Below, piece after piece: positions 26,910 to 40,485 of a DNA stretch of 64,000 bases; within the stretch, counting starts at the first letter, position 1, and every line of letters begins with the position of its first letter. The translations under genes and the position numbers were made by a program. The stretch covers positions 7,440,001 to 7,504,000 of the forward strand of contig JBHGNT010000021.1 in NCBI GenBank assembly GCA_043228905.1. The letters run 5' to 3'. A model generated the notes under the pieces. The model saw nothing but the letters and a program-made list of their open reading frames with translations. It did no database searches and had not been told where the DNA came from. This stretch comes from Azolla caroliniana. Lineage: Eukaryota; Plantae; Polypodiophyta.

Positions 26910-29683
26910 ATGTGTTTCCTAACAAATTACCACTTACTTTACCACCAAAACGTAATACGAACCATCAATTTGAACTCATCCCTAGTGCTGCTCCTATGAG
27001 CATTCCACCTTACCGACTTAGTCAATTAGAAGACGTTGAGATCACTAAACAACTTAAGGAATATTTGAGTATGGGCCACATTAGGTATAGTAAATCACCT
27101 TGGGGTGTGCCAGTTCTATTAGTTAAGAAGAAGGAAGGTTCATGGCGAATGTGTATCAATTATCGTCGTTTGAATAATATGACAATTAAAAATGCATATT
27201 CGTTACCTCGTGCCGATGATTTGATTGATTGTTTGCATGGGCCCGATATTTTACGAAGATTGACTTACAAACATGTTATCATCAGATTCGCATTGCCGAG
27301 GATGATATTCCTAAAACTGCTTTTCATACGCGTTATGGCCATTATGGGTTTTTAGTCAAGCCTTTTGGGTTGACTAATGCTCCAACCACATTCCAACAAA
27401 CGATGAATGATGTTTTCCGAGATCAACTTGATGATTTTGTTGTCGTCTTCTTGGATTATATTTTGATATATAGCCGTACCTTGCAAGATAAAGTTAAACA
27501 TGTTCGATTTGTTTTGCAAAAGTTGCGTGACAACTCTTTCTATGCAAAACATTTAAAATGTGATTTTTTCCAAAAATCTATTGTGTACCTAGGTCATTTA
27601 ATTACGGAAAATGGCGTTGAGATTGAACCTTCTCGTATTAAAAAGGTTAAACTTTGGCCCATTCCTCGTAATATTTGTGAACTGATATCATTCTTAGGGT
27701 TTGTTGGATTTTTACGAAAATCAATTCGTACCTATTCCAAATTGACTACACCATTAGCTGACCTTTTAAAAGGTCATCCACGTTAGTATGTCAAACCAAT
27801 TACATGGAATGAACAACTTGACAAATCATTTGAGATACTCAGAGAGCATGTGTGTCAGGCTCCCATTCTTCTATTACCGGACCCGTCTAAGCCTTTCTCA
27901 ATCGAAATCGATGCTAGTGATTATGCTATCGGTGTCGTTCTTTATCAAGGAGGTCACCCTATTGCTTTTGAAAGTAAGAAGCTTGATGCTGCTCAATCTC
28001 GGTATTCAGTTCAAGAGAAAGAGTTGTTGGCGGTAATACATGCACTTAAAACATGGAGGCACTATCTCTATGGAAATAAAATTGTGGTTACAATAGACCA
28101 TCAATCATTGAAGTATTTTTGTGACCAGCCAGATCTTGTTGGTTGTAAAGGCCGTTGGGCTGACCTTATGCAAGATTTTGATTTTTCCATACGGTATTGT
28201 AAGGGTTTTATGAACATCGTTGCAGATGCTCTTAGTTGCATTAAAGAAGTTAACATGCTTAGCTTCACGGAAATAAAATTTGATCTTTTAGATCACTTTC
28301 GAGGGAAATACCTTGATGACAGTTATTCCTCAAAATACTGGACGAAAGCCGAATCTAGTTTAGATGTCATTACTAGTACCCTACCCTCGAAGGCGATCTT
28401 TCATATTACAAACGGTTTGCTCTACCGTAGTGGAAAGGTCTGTGTTCCAGATTTACCAAACGTAAAACAGAAAATTCTTCATGAATGTCATGTCATGGTG
28501 CACCATCTGTAGGTCATCTTGGAATACAACACACACTCGTTCTCATCTCGAGTACTTTTTTCTGGCCTAAGATGCGCTCTGATGTGCATAAATACGTAAC
28601 TCAATGCTTATAATGTCAGATTAATAAGTCGGAACGACTTAAAGCTTATGGTCTTTTACACCCTTTTACATCCCTTAGATATTCCCAACAATAAATGGGA
28701 AAGTATCTCGATGGATTTTATTCTTAGTTTACCTCGTACACAAAGGGGTCATGATGCCATTTGGGTTGTCGTTGACAGACTAACAAAATTGGCTAGATTT
28801 ATTCCTACCAAAACCACGGTAACCGCTCAACAATTGGCTTATCAATTTGTTGATGAGTTATTTCATTTTTATGGATTACCGATGTATATCGTTAGTGATC
28901 GAGATTCCAAGTTTACTAGTGACTTTTGGACTCAAGTCTTTAAGAAACTAGAAACTACGTTGAGCATGAGTTCCGCAGATCATCCTCAATCTGATGGACA
29001 AACTGAATGAGTTAATAAAATTATTGAGGACATGCTTCAAGCTTATGTGGCAAAAACCGCTTCTAAGTGGGAGCAATACCTTCCTATCTTAGAATTTTCC
29101 TATATTAGCTCTAAACATACATCCACTAAATATAGTCCTTTTATGTTGATGTATGGTTTTCAACCACGTGCCCCAGTCGATGTCACGATTCATCGTGATA
29201 CATTAGACAGTACACACAATTTTTCGCAAGACATGAACCAAATGTTGCATATTGCCAAAGAAAATGTCAAGACAACTCAAGATCGTGCTTGATTTTATGT
29301 TGATAAGGAGAGACGTCCTTGTGCATTTACTATTGGTCAAAAAGTTTTTTTGTGTGTCCCTACTGACTCTACGTCATTGTCTACAGGCAAGTGCGCTAAG
29401 TTAGCCCCACAATATTGTCGCCCATTTGAAAACCTTAAGCGAGTTGGGTCATCTGCTTATCACCTTACCTTACCCCGAAACGTTAGTATTCATCCTATTT
29501 TTCACATTAGTTGTCTAAAACCATTTTTAGTCTCTGGTGATAACACCATCACAATCCAAGATCTTGTAACATTAGAGGATTTTTCTTACAAACCTCATGT
29601 TCCTGAACGAATTCTTGATTCTCGTACTAAATGCTTACGTTCTAAAGAGATTTGGCTATTCAAGATCAAATGGATGGATAAAC
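26910..29683 (+). pseudogene. pol: Ty3/gypsy chromovirus pol (RT-RH-INT and start of chromodomain), 5'-truncated; continues at 51018
   Basis: PPYRLS, KKKEGSWRMCINYR, FLDY (degenerate YLDD), IDASDYAIG, WESISMDFI, HPIFHIS and PERILDSR...IKWMDK. Confidence 0.92.
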
Positions 29684-29984
29684 TGTAAAAGAATGTGTGC
29701 GGAAGCGTATGTGAAGGACATAGAGTACACGGTTCGGAAGTACGACAATTCGGTAAAACACGGAAATCACAAAGAAAGAGGGGGAGAGAGAGAGAGAGAG
29801 AGTGCAGAAAATGTAACTATATTAAAAAATACTTCTCTTTGTACATGCTTGGTGCTCAGTGAGCACCTTTTATACAAGCCCTGACTATCAGGCTGACACA
29901 AGTACTTACAGTACCTAACTGCTCATAAATGAGCATCCTACACTTACCCCCAAAATTATTCCTTACGAGGAATAACATTCTAAA

Positions 29985-30692
29985 TGACGGGAACCCAACG
30001 ATCCTTATGCACGACGCTCGGCCACAACCGAGCGTAGAATGATACACAGAAAACGGGAAATAAAACACGACACAAAGGTGAGGAAGATACACACAGACTA
30101 CACAAGAGGTTTAAGTGGAAAACCCCAAACTAGGGGAAAAACCACGGCAGTCCACAAGCTGCAAACTGTCACTATGTAAGAATGTACAAAAACAATGAGT
30201 TCACGGAGGCAACGACCTCGTGCTCACGATCTTCGCCACAGGCGGCGGTTACAACAGAGGCAACGACCTCGATCTCTCTCTCTCTCTCTCTGTACAGTTA
30301 CGCACTCTGATTTCGTACAAAACAGAAAATGACAACCACTCCTAAAAGTTTGCCCTAAGTCATATTTATACTAATATGACTTTTCGGCTATTTACAAATA
30401 TAGCCTCGATGGGCTCTCAGAAACATATTTACGAATATGTCTCTTCCTCCGGTTCTGCACCATCCGGCTCTCCGTAGCCGGGTACTCCTCATCTGGTTCA
30501 CACCGGGCCTGTATCATCCGGCTCTCCGTAGCCGGGTACTCCTCATCCGGTTCACACCGGGCCTGTATCATCCGGCTCTCCGTAGCCGGGTACTCCTCAT
30601 CCCGTTTAGGCCTCGGCCTATCGGCCTCGGCCGAGTTTGTTCGTCGGCACTATTCTTCTCCCTTCCCATCTGGAGGGACCTGTCTCCCAACA
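29985..30692 (-). mobile_element. Solo LTR (708 bp) inserted in the copia B 3' LTR
   Basis: TG...CA termini and TSD CTAAA. Absent from the sister LTR at ~50895. Minus-strand TATAAAT at ~30365. 54-bp tandem repeat at 30461-30605. Confidence 0.88.
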
Positions 30693-30900
30693 CTAAAGGC
30701 TTCTCGGTTTACATACCGTTACGGCCATATGTAGCGCACGGTTTTACACACCCAGTCTACGCATTGGGTTACGCACCCGTTTACGCTCCCAATGTTGAGC
30801 TTGTCTCTCAACACTCCCCCTCAAGCTCAACTTGAGGTTCCATATGCTTCTCCTAATCTTCGCTCTGGCCTCTCCTGGATTCACGCCTCGCTCGCGCTCC

Positions 30901-33900
30901 TCAACCTGTTCGATTTTGCACGCTTCGACCCTTCCGGTCGGCTTGTCTGCTCATGCGGCCTTTCTCAGCTCCCTTGTTGGCGCGGTGTTGGCGCCTCTTT
31001 TGCTGCCCTTTTCTCCGCTTGGCCCTCAGTTGATTCGGCGTATCCGAATTGAACATTACGATTGAATCGAACATTTCCGATTCATTCCCGCTTTCACCCA
31101 AATTGGTTGTCTCCAATTCGTCTTCTATCTTCAGGCCCTTAACTACGTCTGACCATGTTTTAGTCTTGGCCTTTACACCTTTCTTGGCTTTGTTTCCCCT
31201 TTGTTCGGTTGTCTTCGGGTCTTCCTTGCAATTACGACCCCTGTTTTCTTCTTCGGCTTCTTCAGCTGGCCCGAAATCAAATTCTTCATCCAATTCGACA
31301 TCGCGGTTACTACCACTCCTTTCACGCTCTTGTTCTTGTTCCTGTCTCCCCCTCAAGTTTGGCATGTCAAGGTGCCACAGACCTAGCTCAACCGAGAAAT
31401 GTCGTAACTTGTCGAGTCCAAGGGGCTTTGTGAAGATGTCGGAACATATGACAGTTCGACTTCACCAGAAAGGACACGCTCGCGGAAAAAATGGTAGTGC
31501 ACCTCAATGTCCTTGGTCCGAGCATGGAATACAAGGTTTTTCGCAAGGTTGATGTTGTTGAGGTTGTCGCAGTAGATCGTCGTTGGATCAGACACCTCTA
31601 CGTGCAGATCCCGTAATAGTCATTTCAGTCAAATGACTTCGCACGTAGCGACAATTGCCCCTCGATATTCGGCCTCCGTGCTCAACAACGCTACTGTTGA
31701 ATGCTTCTTACTACTCCACGCAATCGCCGCACTTCCCAATGAGAATGCATATCCAAATGTGGACCTACGATCGTGCGCATTTCTAGCCCAATCGGCATCC
31801 GTGTAGCCGACCAACTGCTCAGCTACGTCTGCACGATACAACAACACCATATCTTTCGTGCTGCTGACATATCGTAATATCCTTTGCGCGCACTGAAGGT
31901 GTTCGGTCGTGGGTTGTGACATAAATTGATTGGTCATTCCGACTGGATAGTTGAGATCTGGCGGAGTGATCGTCAAGTAGATGAGGCTTCCGACAATCTA
32001 TCGAAACCGTGTCGGGTTGCACACCTTTCCTAAATCTCGGCGAAGCTTTACGTTTCTATCCAGAGTGGTCGAGATGGGCTTACAATCTGTCATCCCGAAT
32101 TTGAAGAGCATATTCAACGCATAATGACATTGACTGATCAATATGCCTTCGGAGGAACGGATCACTTCGATCTTGAGGAAGTAATGAAGGTCTCCAAGAT
32201 CCTTCATTTCGAAAGATGCCGCGAGCTGAGACTTGACGTGGTCGATTTCTTCCAGGTCGGCACTAGCGATGACTAAATCATCAACATAAAGTAAAAGATA
32301 AACCGGTCCATGTCGACCTTGCCGAACGAACAACAAAGAGTCTGATGTGGACGTCGTAAACCCCATTCTACGCAACCGTTGCATAATCTTCTCATTCCAA
32401 GCTTGCGGGGCTTGTTTAAGTCCGTATAACGCCTTCTTCAATCGGCAGACTGCTGAAGTGTTCTGTTCGGATAGAAATCCGGGGGGTTGTACCATGTACA
32501 CCTATTCCTCAAGATCACCTTGCAGGAACGCATTCTTTACATCCATCTGATGTAGATGCCACCCCTTCGCCGCAACTACGCCTATCAGAACTTGCACGGT
32601 AGTCATCTTCGCGACAGGGGCGAAGGTCTTGTCGTAATCTATGTCGTGCTTCTGCACATAGCCTTTCGCAACCAACTGGGCCCTATATCGGTTGACCGAG
32701 CCGTCGGTGTTGTATTTCACCTTAAAAACCCATCTGCATCCGATCGGCTTAACACCTTTAGGTGCGTCAACCAAGTCCCAAGTCTCGTTGTTCGATAATG
32801 CGCGCATCTCTTCCTCCATCGCAACACGTTACTTTGCATCTTCCGTTGCTTCTGCGTAACTCTCTGGCTCACGCACTTCCGCCGCTCGTGTCATGTATGC
32901 GTAATGGTGCGCCATGTATTCATTGTACCAGTATCTTTTTACGGGGTTCTTTAGGCGGGTAGATCTGTGTAATTCGTGATTACCTGATTTCATGACCTTT
33001 TCGGTCGATTTCGACCCCTTCCGCGGAGGTTCCTTCTCGATTGGCCCGAAGTCAGATTCGCTCCAATATGACTCGGCTTTGCCGAAATCATATTCTAACA
33101 CTTTTTGCTTCCCTTTTTCTTTACGCGTAAACCGTCTCCTCGGTTCTTTACGCGGGGACAACACGGCCGAGTCTCCACTACTCGCCAGTTCTTCATTCGG
33201 TTGGCCATCTCGGCCCAACCCCTCATTCGGTCCGCTTAGCCTAAATGAGATTGGACTCTCTCTCAGAGCTCCGATATCCTCATCACGCAGAGGCATCTCA
33301 GCCTCGCTGACCTCTTCTTCAGAATTTGGAATGGAATCATGAGGTATTGGAGGTGAAGGCAAGTACCACGAAGCAGACTCGTCGAACACGACATCTCGGC
33401 TTACGCGAACTTCCTTTGTTCGGGGGTTATAGCACTTATACCCCTTCTACTCGTCCGAATAGCCGACCTAGATAAACTTCTCGGCTTTGGCGTCCAGCTT
33501 CCTCCTCTTCTCCTTCGGCACATGCACATACACAATGCTACTAGAAATCCTCTCAAGTGTGCCAAGTTCGGCTTCTTTCCAAATTACAGCTCGTCTGGCG
33601 ACATCCGTCTTTACAGCTTCAGCCCAGTAAAACTTCGGCATATGCTTCTCTTCAAGCATTGCCCTGGCGGCTTCTTTGATCGTCCGATTCTTCCACTCGG
33701 CCACACCATTCTGTTGCGGCGTGTATCTACACGAGAATTCGCATCGAATTACTTCCTTCTGTAGATAATTCGTGAACTAGTCGAAGAAGTAGTCCTTCCC
33801 GCCATCGGACCATAGGCATTTGATCTTACGCCTTGTTTCCCTTTCTACAAGGTTCTTTACCTTCAGGAAACATGCGAAGACTTCACTCTTCTTCACGATC
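30901..33900 (-). pseudogene. pol: Copia B pol, 3' half (INT end, RT, RH, tail)
   Basis: [34 protein letters not shown] and STEAEY. Confidence 0.92.
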
Positions 33901-34344
33901 GTACATGTTGGCCGGTCAGAAGAGCAAGGACAAGTGGGAAGGCGGAATCGGATTGGATAATAGGAAGTAATAGTAGAATTATTATTCGGAGGGACGGATT
34001 CGGTACAGTTGTACCGATCCGGATCCGAACCAATTCGGATGTCGGTTGCCTAAGCGCACCAATTGTAACCTTGCCGGATGCCTATAAAAGGATCCGATGA
34101 TTTGTAAAGTTTTTTGACGAAAGTAATACAATAGTAATTATTGTGTATTTATCTGTATCTCGTATTGTTTTGCCGTCCGTGCTTAATTGTAATCATCTTA
34201 TGCGTGTAATCTAGCATCCAATCCTTACCACCCCTTTGGAGAAGTGTCGAGTAAACACCTGTGTTGAGGCTAGTCCGGCCAGATAGACAACACTATTTTG
34301 GCGACCACGATTCCTGCAAAGTGTAGAGGACAACCGGGGGATGG

Positions 34345-37300
34345 ATGTCTAGACCAAACGACGACCACATCACCGAACGAGGGAGACGATACACCGAACG
34401 CGAGCAACGACGGGAAGCCCTGCAGCAAGCCGTCGACGAGATCCGGCGGGATCGGTCATTCTCCAAAACTCTTTGGAGAGTCGCAGAAGAAGCACTACAG
34501 TTCCGGGTTCTGCAAATCCCCGACGAAGGCAGTAGCATAACAAGCCTGCAAGAGGCGGAAACGATACTGCAGACGCTCGCCGCGGGCGACGGGGACTCGG
34601 AAGCATTCGCAACACTTGAGGCGGAGTCGGAAAGCGACGGAAGCGTTGCATCCCGGTATAAAAGCAGCCACGACACACCAAACGACCGGGAGGACGAGGG
34701 GTCGGAAGACTCAGTAACACCGGCGCCAGAGGAAGAAATAACCCTGGAATTCGGTGACCGGCAACCGCCGAGGAAGGCTGACCGGATACCGACAACAACC
34801 GCGAGGGAACCGAAGGAGTGGATACCGACAACACCCGCGGAGGAACCAATGGACCGGACACCGGCAACACCCGCGGAGGAACCAAAGGTTCTCACACCAA
34901 CGCCAACAGCGAATAGGGAACAGGAGAGTCAGTTGGACGACACGATGCCGTACCCATACCCAAAGTACCGGGATGAGGCCGACGCGGAGGCACACGTGTA
35001 CGCATTCCTCCAAACATGGGAAGCCAACCATATCTCCCAAAGACTGACGGAGCCCGAAGCCGAATGATCCAAAATCGCCGAATTCGGCATAACCTTAGAA
35101 GGACCGGCGGCCCAATGGCACGCAAAGCACTTACCAGGCACCTTTGCCACATTCGATGCCTTGAAGGCCAGATTCCTCAGGTTTTTTCACAGACAATTTG
35201 AGCAAAGGGAATTGGTCGGGCAGTTCTACACCACCCGGCAGGAAGAAAACGAGACTATGCCACAATTCATCATTCGGTTCCAGACCCTGCACAGCCAACT
35301 GACAAGAGCACCACCCGAAGACGAAGCCAAAGCAGTCTTTCTGGCCGCACTGAAAGAGCCACTTCGAACAATGTGCGGAGTCCTTGATTTCCAAACCAGC
35401 ACAATGGACCAAGTTATTGATCGGGTTTTAGAAATGGACAAGACTAGCCCCTTCTTGTCGATGGGGATGTTACACCGGGCACTCCCAAAAGAGGAAGACC
35501 TGAGGTTCCGACAGGCCTTACAATGTACAACATGCCTAAATTCGGGGCACTCAACAGTAGACTGCACCCTGCGGACACAATGTGTGATCTGCAACTCTCG
35601 AGCCCATACAACGGACCGATGCGAATACAACCTGTTAAATCGGCAGGCAGCACCGGTTCGACACATAGAACCGCGCAATCAGAACCCGGACGAGGATCGA
35701 TTCCGGAGAGACGACCGCTACCAACGCGAACGCGGTAACAAATACGCTGATAGAAGACGCGACAACTATGACCGAGAGGAGAGACGCAGAGATAGCTACC
35801 CCCAGGACCGGTATGACAGAGACGAATCCCCGGAAGACGACAGACGCGGAGAAGAGAGGCGACAAGGATACGCTGATAGAAGACGCGACAACTATGACCG
35901 AGAGGAGAGACGCAAAGAAAGCTACCCCCGGGACCGGTACGACCGAGACGGAGCCCCGGAATACGACCGACGCGGAGAAGAGAGGCGACAAGGGAACCGA
36001 AATTTCCGACGGAATCAGAAGCGGGGATTTTTCCGAAGAGAGGAACGTCGGGAGGCAGCAAGGAATGACAACCCGGTATTCGTACCGGATAACCGAAAAA
36101 CCGAAGACGACCGCCGGAGCATACCCACCCTCCAAACCGGGGACAAAGGAGAAACGAGCAACAGTCACAAGGTGTACTGTTATTACTGCCGCAAGGAAGG
36201 CCACTATAGTAACCAATGCCCAAGCAAAAGCTATGACAAGCAGCCGGAAGTCAACATGGTTACAGCCGAAATAACAGAAGTACAGCAGGTCACAACCCGG
36301 TCAAAGGGAAAGACCGCCGAGTGGGAGGCCCAGGAGGCAATCAGAAAACAAGCGACACAATGGATCAAGGAGGCCAATGAACAGAATGCGGCAGAAGTAA
36401 GAGACCAAAATATGCCAAAAGACGAAGAAATCATACAGCCAGGCGAGAACCCGACGTGGCAAGCGCTACAGGACTGTCAAATCGTGCTGCCGTTAGCACG
36501 ACTACTACAGTTAGTGCCACGATTTACGGCAGACCTACAGGCATCCGTCAGCAAACCGAAGCCGACGCCAGCACTGGCATTCTTCTCCAACCCGGAGGAA
36601 GGACCAACGGTGGTCGATACAAGTAGCCCGGCAATCAAGACAATCGTGAAAGGAAAGGAAATTGCTGGAACGATTATTGACGGAGGCTCCGGGGTAAATG
36701 TCATCAGCCAACAGACATGCAACGACCTGGGCATCCGGGAATGGGAACCATGCCCCTTCTGGTTACGCATGGCGGATACTAGCTCAGTCCGACCGACCGA
36801 GCTTATCCGGGATTTGGAAATCACGATCGGAGGCCACGTATTCCGGATATCGGCCGTGGTGCTGCAGCTGAATGTACAAGGCACGTACCCCCTACTGCTA
36901 GGACGACCATGGCTGCGAACGGCGCATATCAAGCAGAACTGGCAAAAGAACATGATCACATTCCGGCGAGGGAAAACAAAGGTACGAGTAACGACGCAAC
37001 CACGGGTGATCACCAGTAAGGAAGCAACTCCATTGTATGCGGAAAGCATTAACATGTTGGAGGGATTACCGGATGAGGAAGTCGAGCGGTACCTAGAGGA
37101 ACACCCACGAATCGTCCCACTATTTGAGGTGGATATTACGGCGGCAGTAGAACCGTACATTACGACGCCGGAAGAACCGGACCAAGCGGCGATCCGGGAA
37201 CTACGACAAGCGCAGGAATCCCTAGAGAGGGAAATGACGATATCCCAGAGGGTAAAAGCATCCCAACTCGAGGAGTTGGAACTCGGCACAGCAGACAAGC

Positions 37301-40300
37301 CCCGACCAGTAAATGTTGCAAAGGAATTGCCGAAGGAAGAAAAGAAGGCAATGGTAGCATTGTTAACAGACTTCAAGGATGTGTTCGCGTGGTCGTACGA
37401 AGACATGCGAGGGCTGGACCCCCAACTCTATCAGCACCAAATTCACCTAAGTACGGACGCGAAACCGATTGCTCAACGCAGGTACCGGATGAATCCGAAT
37501 TATGCGGCAAAGGTGAAGGAGGAAATTGATAAGCTCCTCCGGGTCGGATTTATCCGACCGGTCAAGCAGGCAACCTGGCTGAGTCCGATAGTGGTGGTCC
37601 CGAAAAAGAACGGAAAAATCCGGGTATGCGTGGACTACCGAAAACTAAATGCCGCGACAGTGACCGATGCGTTTCCACTACCATTTACGGACGGGGTGTT
37701 AGATGCGGTAGCCGGGCACGAAGTTTACAGCTTCCTGGATGGATTTAGCGGCTACAACCAAATACGAATGAACCCGGCCGACCAAGAGAAGACAACGTTC
37801 GTGACGGAATGGGGAGTGTTCGTCGCGGTCGTGATGATGTTCGGACTAAAGACGGCTGCAGCGACCTTTCAAAGGATAATAATGGAAATTTTCGGGGAAT
37901 ATATCCCCGGTTTTATGCAGGTCTTCCTTGACGATTTCACGGTCTACAGCCGGCACGGAGAGCATCTCGATCACCTCCGGCTGTGCTTGGAGAAGTGCCG
38001 CGAGTACCGATTAAGCCTGAATCCGGCCAAGTGCGTCTTTGGAGTGGCAAGCGGCAACTTGCTAGGGCACGTGGTGATTAAGGAAGGAATCGCGGTAGAT
38101 CCGGATAAAGTCAAGGCGATTCTCGATGCACCAGCACCAAGTAACGCAAAGGCTTTAAGCCGGTTCCTGGGCCAAATAAGGTGGCATAGCCGGATGATAC
38201 GGCACCTCGCGGACTTCGCTACACCGTTACATACCGCCGTACATAGGGTACCCTTCCTATGGGCAGAGACGGAGGAGGAAGCCTACAAAGCGTTGAAGGT
38301 CATGCTGTCGCAAGCTCCGGTGGTGCAACCGCCGGATTGGAGTAAAAGTTTTCACGTCTTCGTCGATGCGTCGGACGTAGCAATCGGCAGCGTTCTGATG
38401 CAACTGACAGAGCCGAAATGGTACCGACCGGTGTACTACGCAAGCCGGAAACTCTCAAAAGCCGAACGGAATTACTCTACGACGGAACGCGAGGCATTGG
38501 GAATGGTGTATAGTGTCACAAAGTACAGGCACTATCTGCTCGGAAGGAAGTTTTCCTTCCATGTCGACCATTCGGCACTACTTTACCTGGTCTCGAAGGC
38601 ATCCCTGACGGGAAAAATTGCACGATGGACACTGCTACTACAGGAATTTGAATTCGACATTTTCCACCGACCCGGGGCGCAGCATGCGGTAGCGAACTAT
38701 CTAAGCAGACTTGAATCCGGAGAAGCAGGGGACGGCGTCCAGGATGAGTTTCTCGACGCCGAATTGTTCCGGATCACGACGAAACCGGCAACGGATACAA
38801 CGGTAGCCGACGAAGACACATGGCTAACTGAGATGCACCAGTTCCTGAGCACCGGAGTTCCCCCGGACAACATGGACCGCGATGAAAGGAAAAGGGTAGC
38901 AGTAAGAAGTAGACATTTCTGCTTGGTGGGAGACACCCTCTATCACAAGGGGGCAGATGGCATCTGGAGGCGAGCAGTGCGGAGCGATGAGAAGGATCTA
39001 ATCCTCAGGGAAGCCCACTGTGGAATTGCCGGCGGGCATTATGCCGGCGACGCAACTGCTCGGAAAATATGGCAGAGCGGACTGTGGTGGCCGACCACCC
39101 TAAAAGATGTCGTGAAGTATAGCAGAGAATGCGATTTGTGTCAACGACTGGGCCAACCCACAGAGCAGGCCCGGATGCCACACCACCCGGTCTTGCCCTT
39201 AGAACCGTTTCAAAAGTGGGGATTGGATTTTGTCGGTCCCTTCAAACCACCGACAATGCGAACCGGAAATCGGTATGTCATAGTGGCGACCGACTATTGC
39301 ACCAAATGGGTAGAAGCAAAGGCCTTACGGGACAACACGGCCGCTTCCACGGCAAAGTTTCTGTACGAATGCATATGGTGCCGGTATGGATGCCCGATCG
39401 AGCTTATAAGTGACCAAGGAGGACATTTTCTCGGGCAGGTAGTAGAAAGCCTGACGTCATTTTACGCGGTGGTACATAAAAAGAGTACACCCTACTACCC
39501 TCAAGCCAATGGACTAGCGGAATCAACGAACAAAACTCTGCAGAACATCCTACGAAAAATCGTCAATGAGAACCGGACCGACTGGGATACGAAATTGCAA
39601 AGCGCGCTATGGGCGTACCGAACAACGTACAAAACCAGCATCCGGACAACCCCGTTCCGACTAGCATTCGGGTTAGAAGCGGTCATGCCGGTAGAGTTCC
39701 AGATCCCCAACTTACGGATTCAGGTAAAGGAGTGCTTAAGTGAGAACGAGTCCGAACGAATCCGACTGGCAACGCTGTTGGAATTAGAGGAAAACCGAAT
39801 AGCCAGCTTACTACAACTCGAACTGGAGCAAAGGAGGAGAAAAGCCTTCGTGGACCGACACCGGCGTGGCAATGAAAAGGAGTTCGAAGTCGGGAAACCG
39901 GTGCTACTATTCCAGACAAGGATGGGGAACATGCCGGGAAAGTTGCGGTTTCGATGGACCGGACCGTTCTGGATCACCAAGGAGTACAATGGGTCGTATC
40001 AGCTCGGCACGTTGTCTGGAGATGTCATCGGCAAGTGCGCAAATGGATTTCGGCTAAAGCCGTATAAAGGAAATATGCCAGCCAACCCGTTCAAGCGAAA
40101 CCCGGAAATCCGGCAAGAGGAAGAACCGACACCGACAGACGCTGCTGAAGACATTCGGACCGAGGAAGAACCGACACCGATACTGACGAGGACCATCCCG
40201 GAAAACCGACAGAAGGATCCGGTATCCGCACGAACCGACCCGAACAAAGCGGGGGGGGACCAGCAAATGACGTGGTCCAGGCAAAAGAAAAAAAAAAAAG

Positions 40301-40404
40301 AAAAAAAAAAAGACGTGGGCAGAATCGACGCGAATCATCGTAATGATGGGGAGATCACAAGAGGTGGGAGCGCCACCATGCAACGAAGAGGCGCCATGCA
40401 TTAA
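34345..40404 (+). CDS. gag-pol: Gag-Pol polyprotein in one frame, with one premature TGA at 35065-35067
   Basis: ORFs 34345-35067 and 35161-40404 share a frame. Capsid, three CCHC knuckles, PR IIDGGSGVNV, RT FLDGFSGYNQI/FLDD, RH VDASD...YYAS, INT HHCC, WGLDFVGP and WTGPF. Confidence 0.92.
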
Positions 40405-40426
40405 AGAAGGATGTGTGCGGACTTGC

Positions 40427-40435
40427 TATTTAAAG
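40427..40435 (+). promoter_or_regulatory. Candidate internal TATA box for the extra ORF
   Basis: TATTTAAAG 59 nt before ATG 40486, with CTCAC about 25 nt downstream. Confidence 0.35.
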
Positions 40436-40485
40436 CAGGGAACGTGGGCACTCACACGCGGCAAACAAGAAAGGACATACTAATT

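Noticed and set aside
30461-30605. CRISPR-like array
   Set aside because: Head-to-tail identical units without unique spacers, inside a plant LTR.
35065-35067. Programmed read-through at the TGA in gag
   Set aside because: The stop lies inside the capsid domain, not at the gag/pol border. It is most simply a CGA>TGA deamination.
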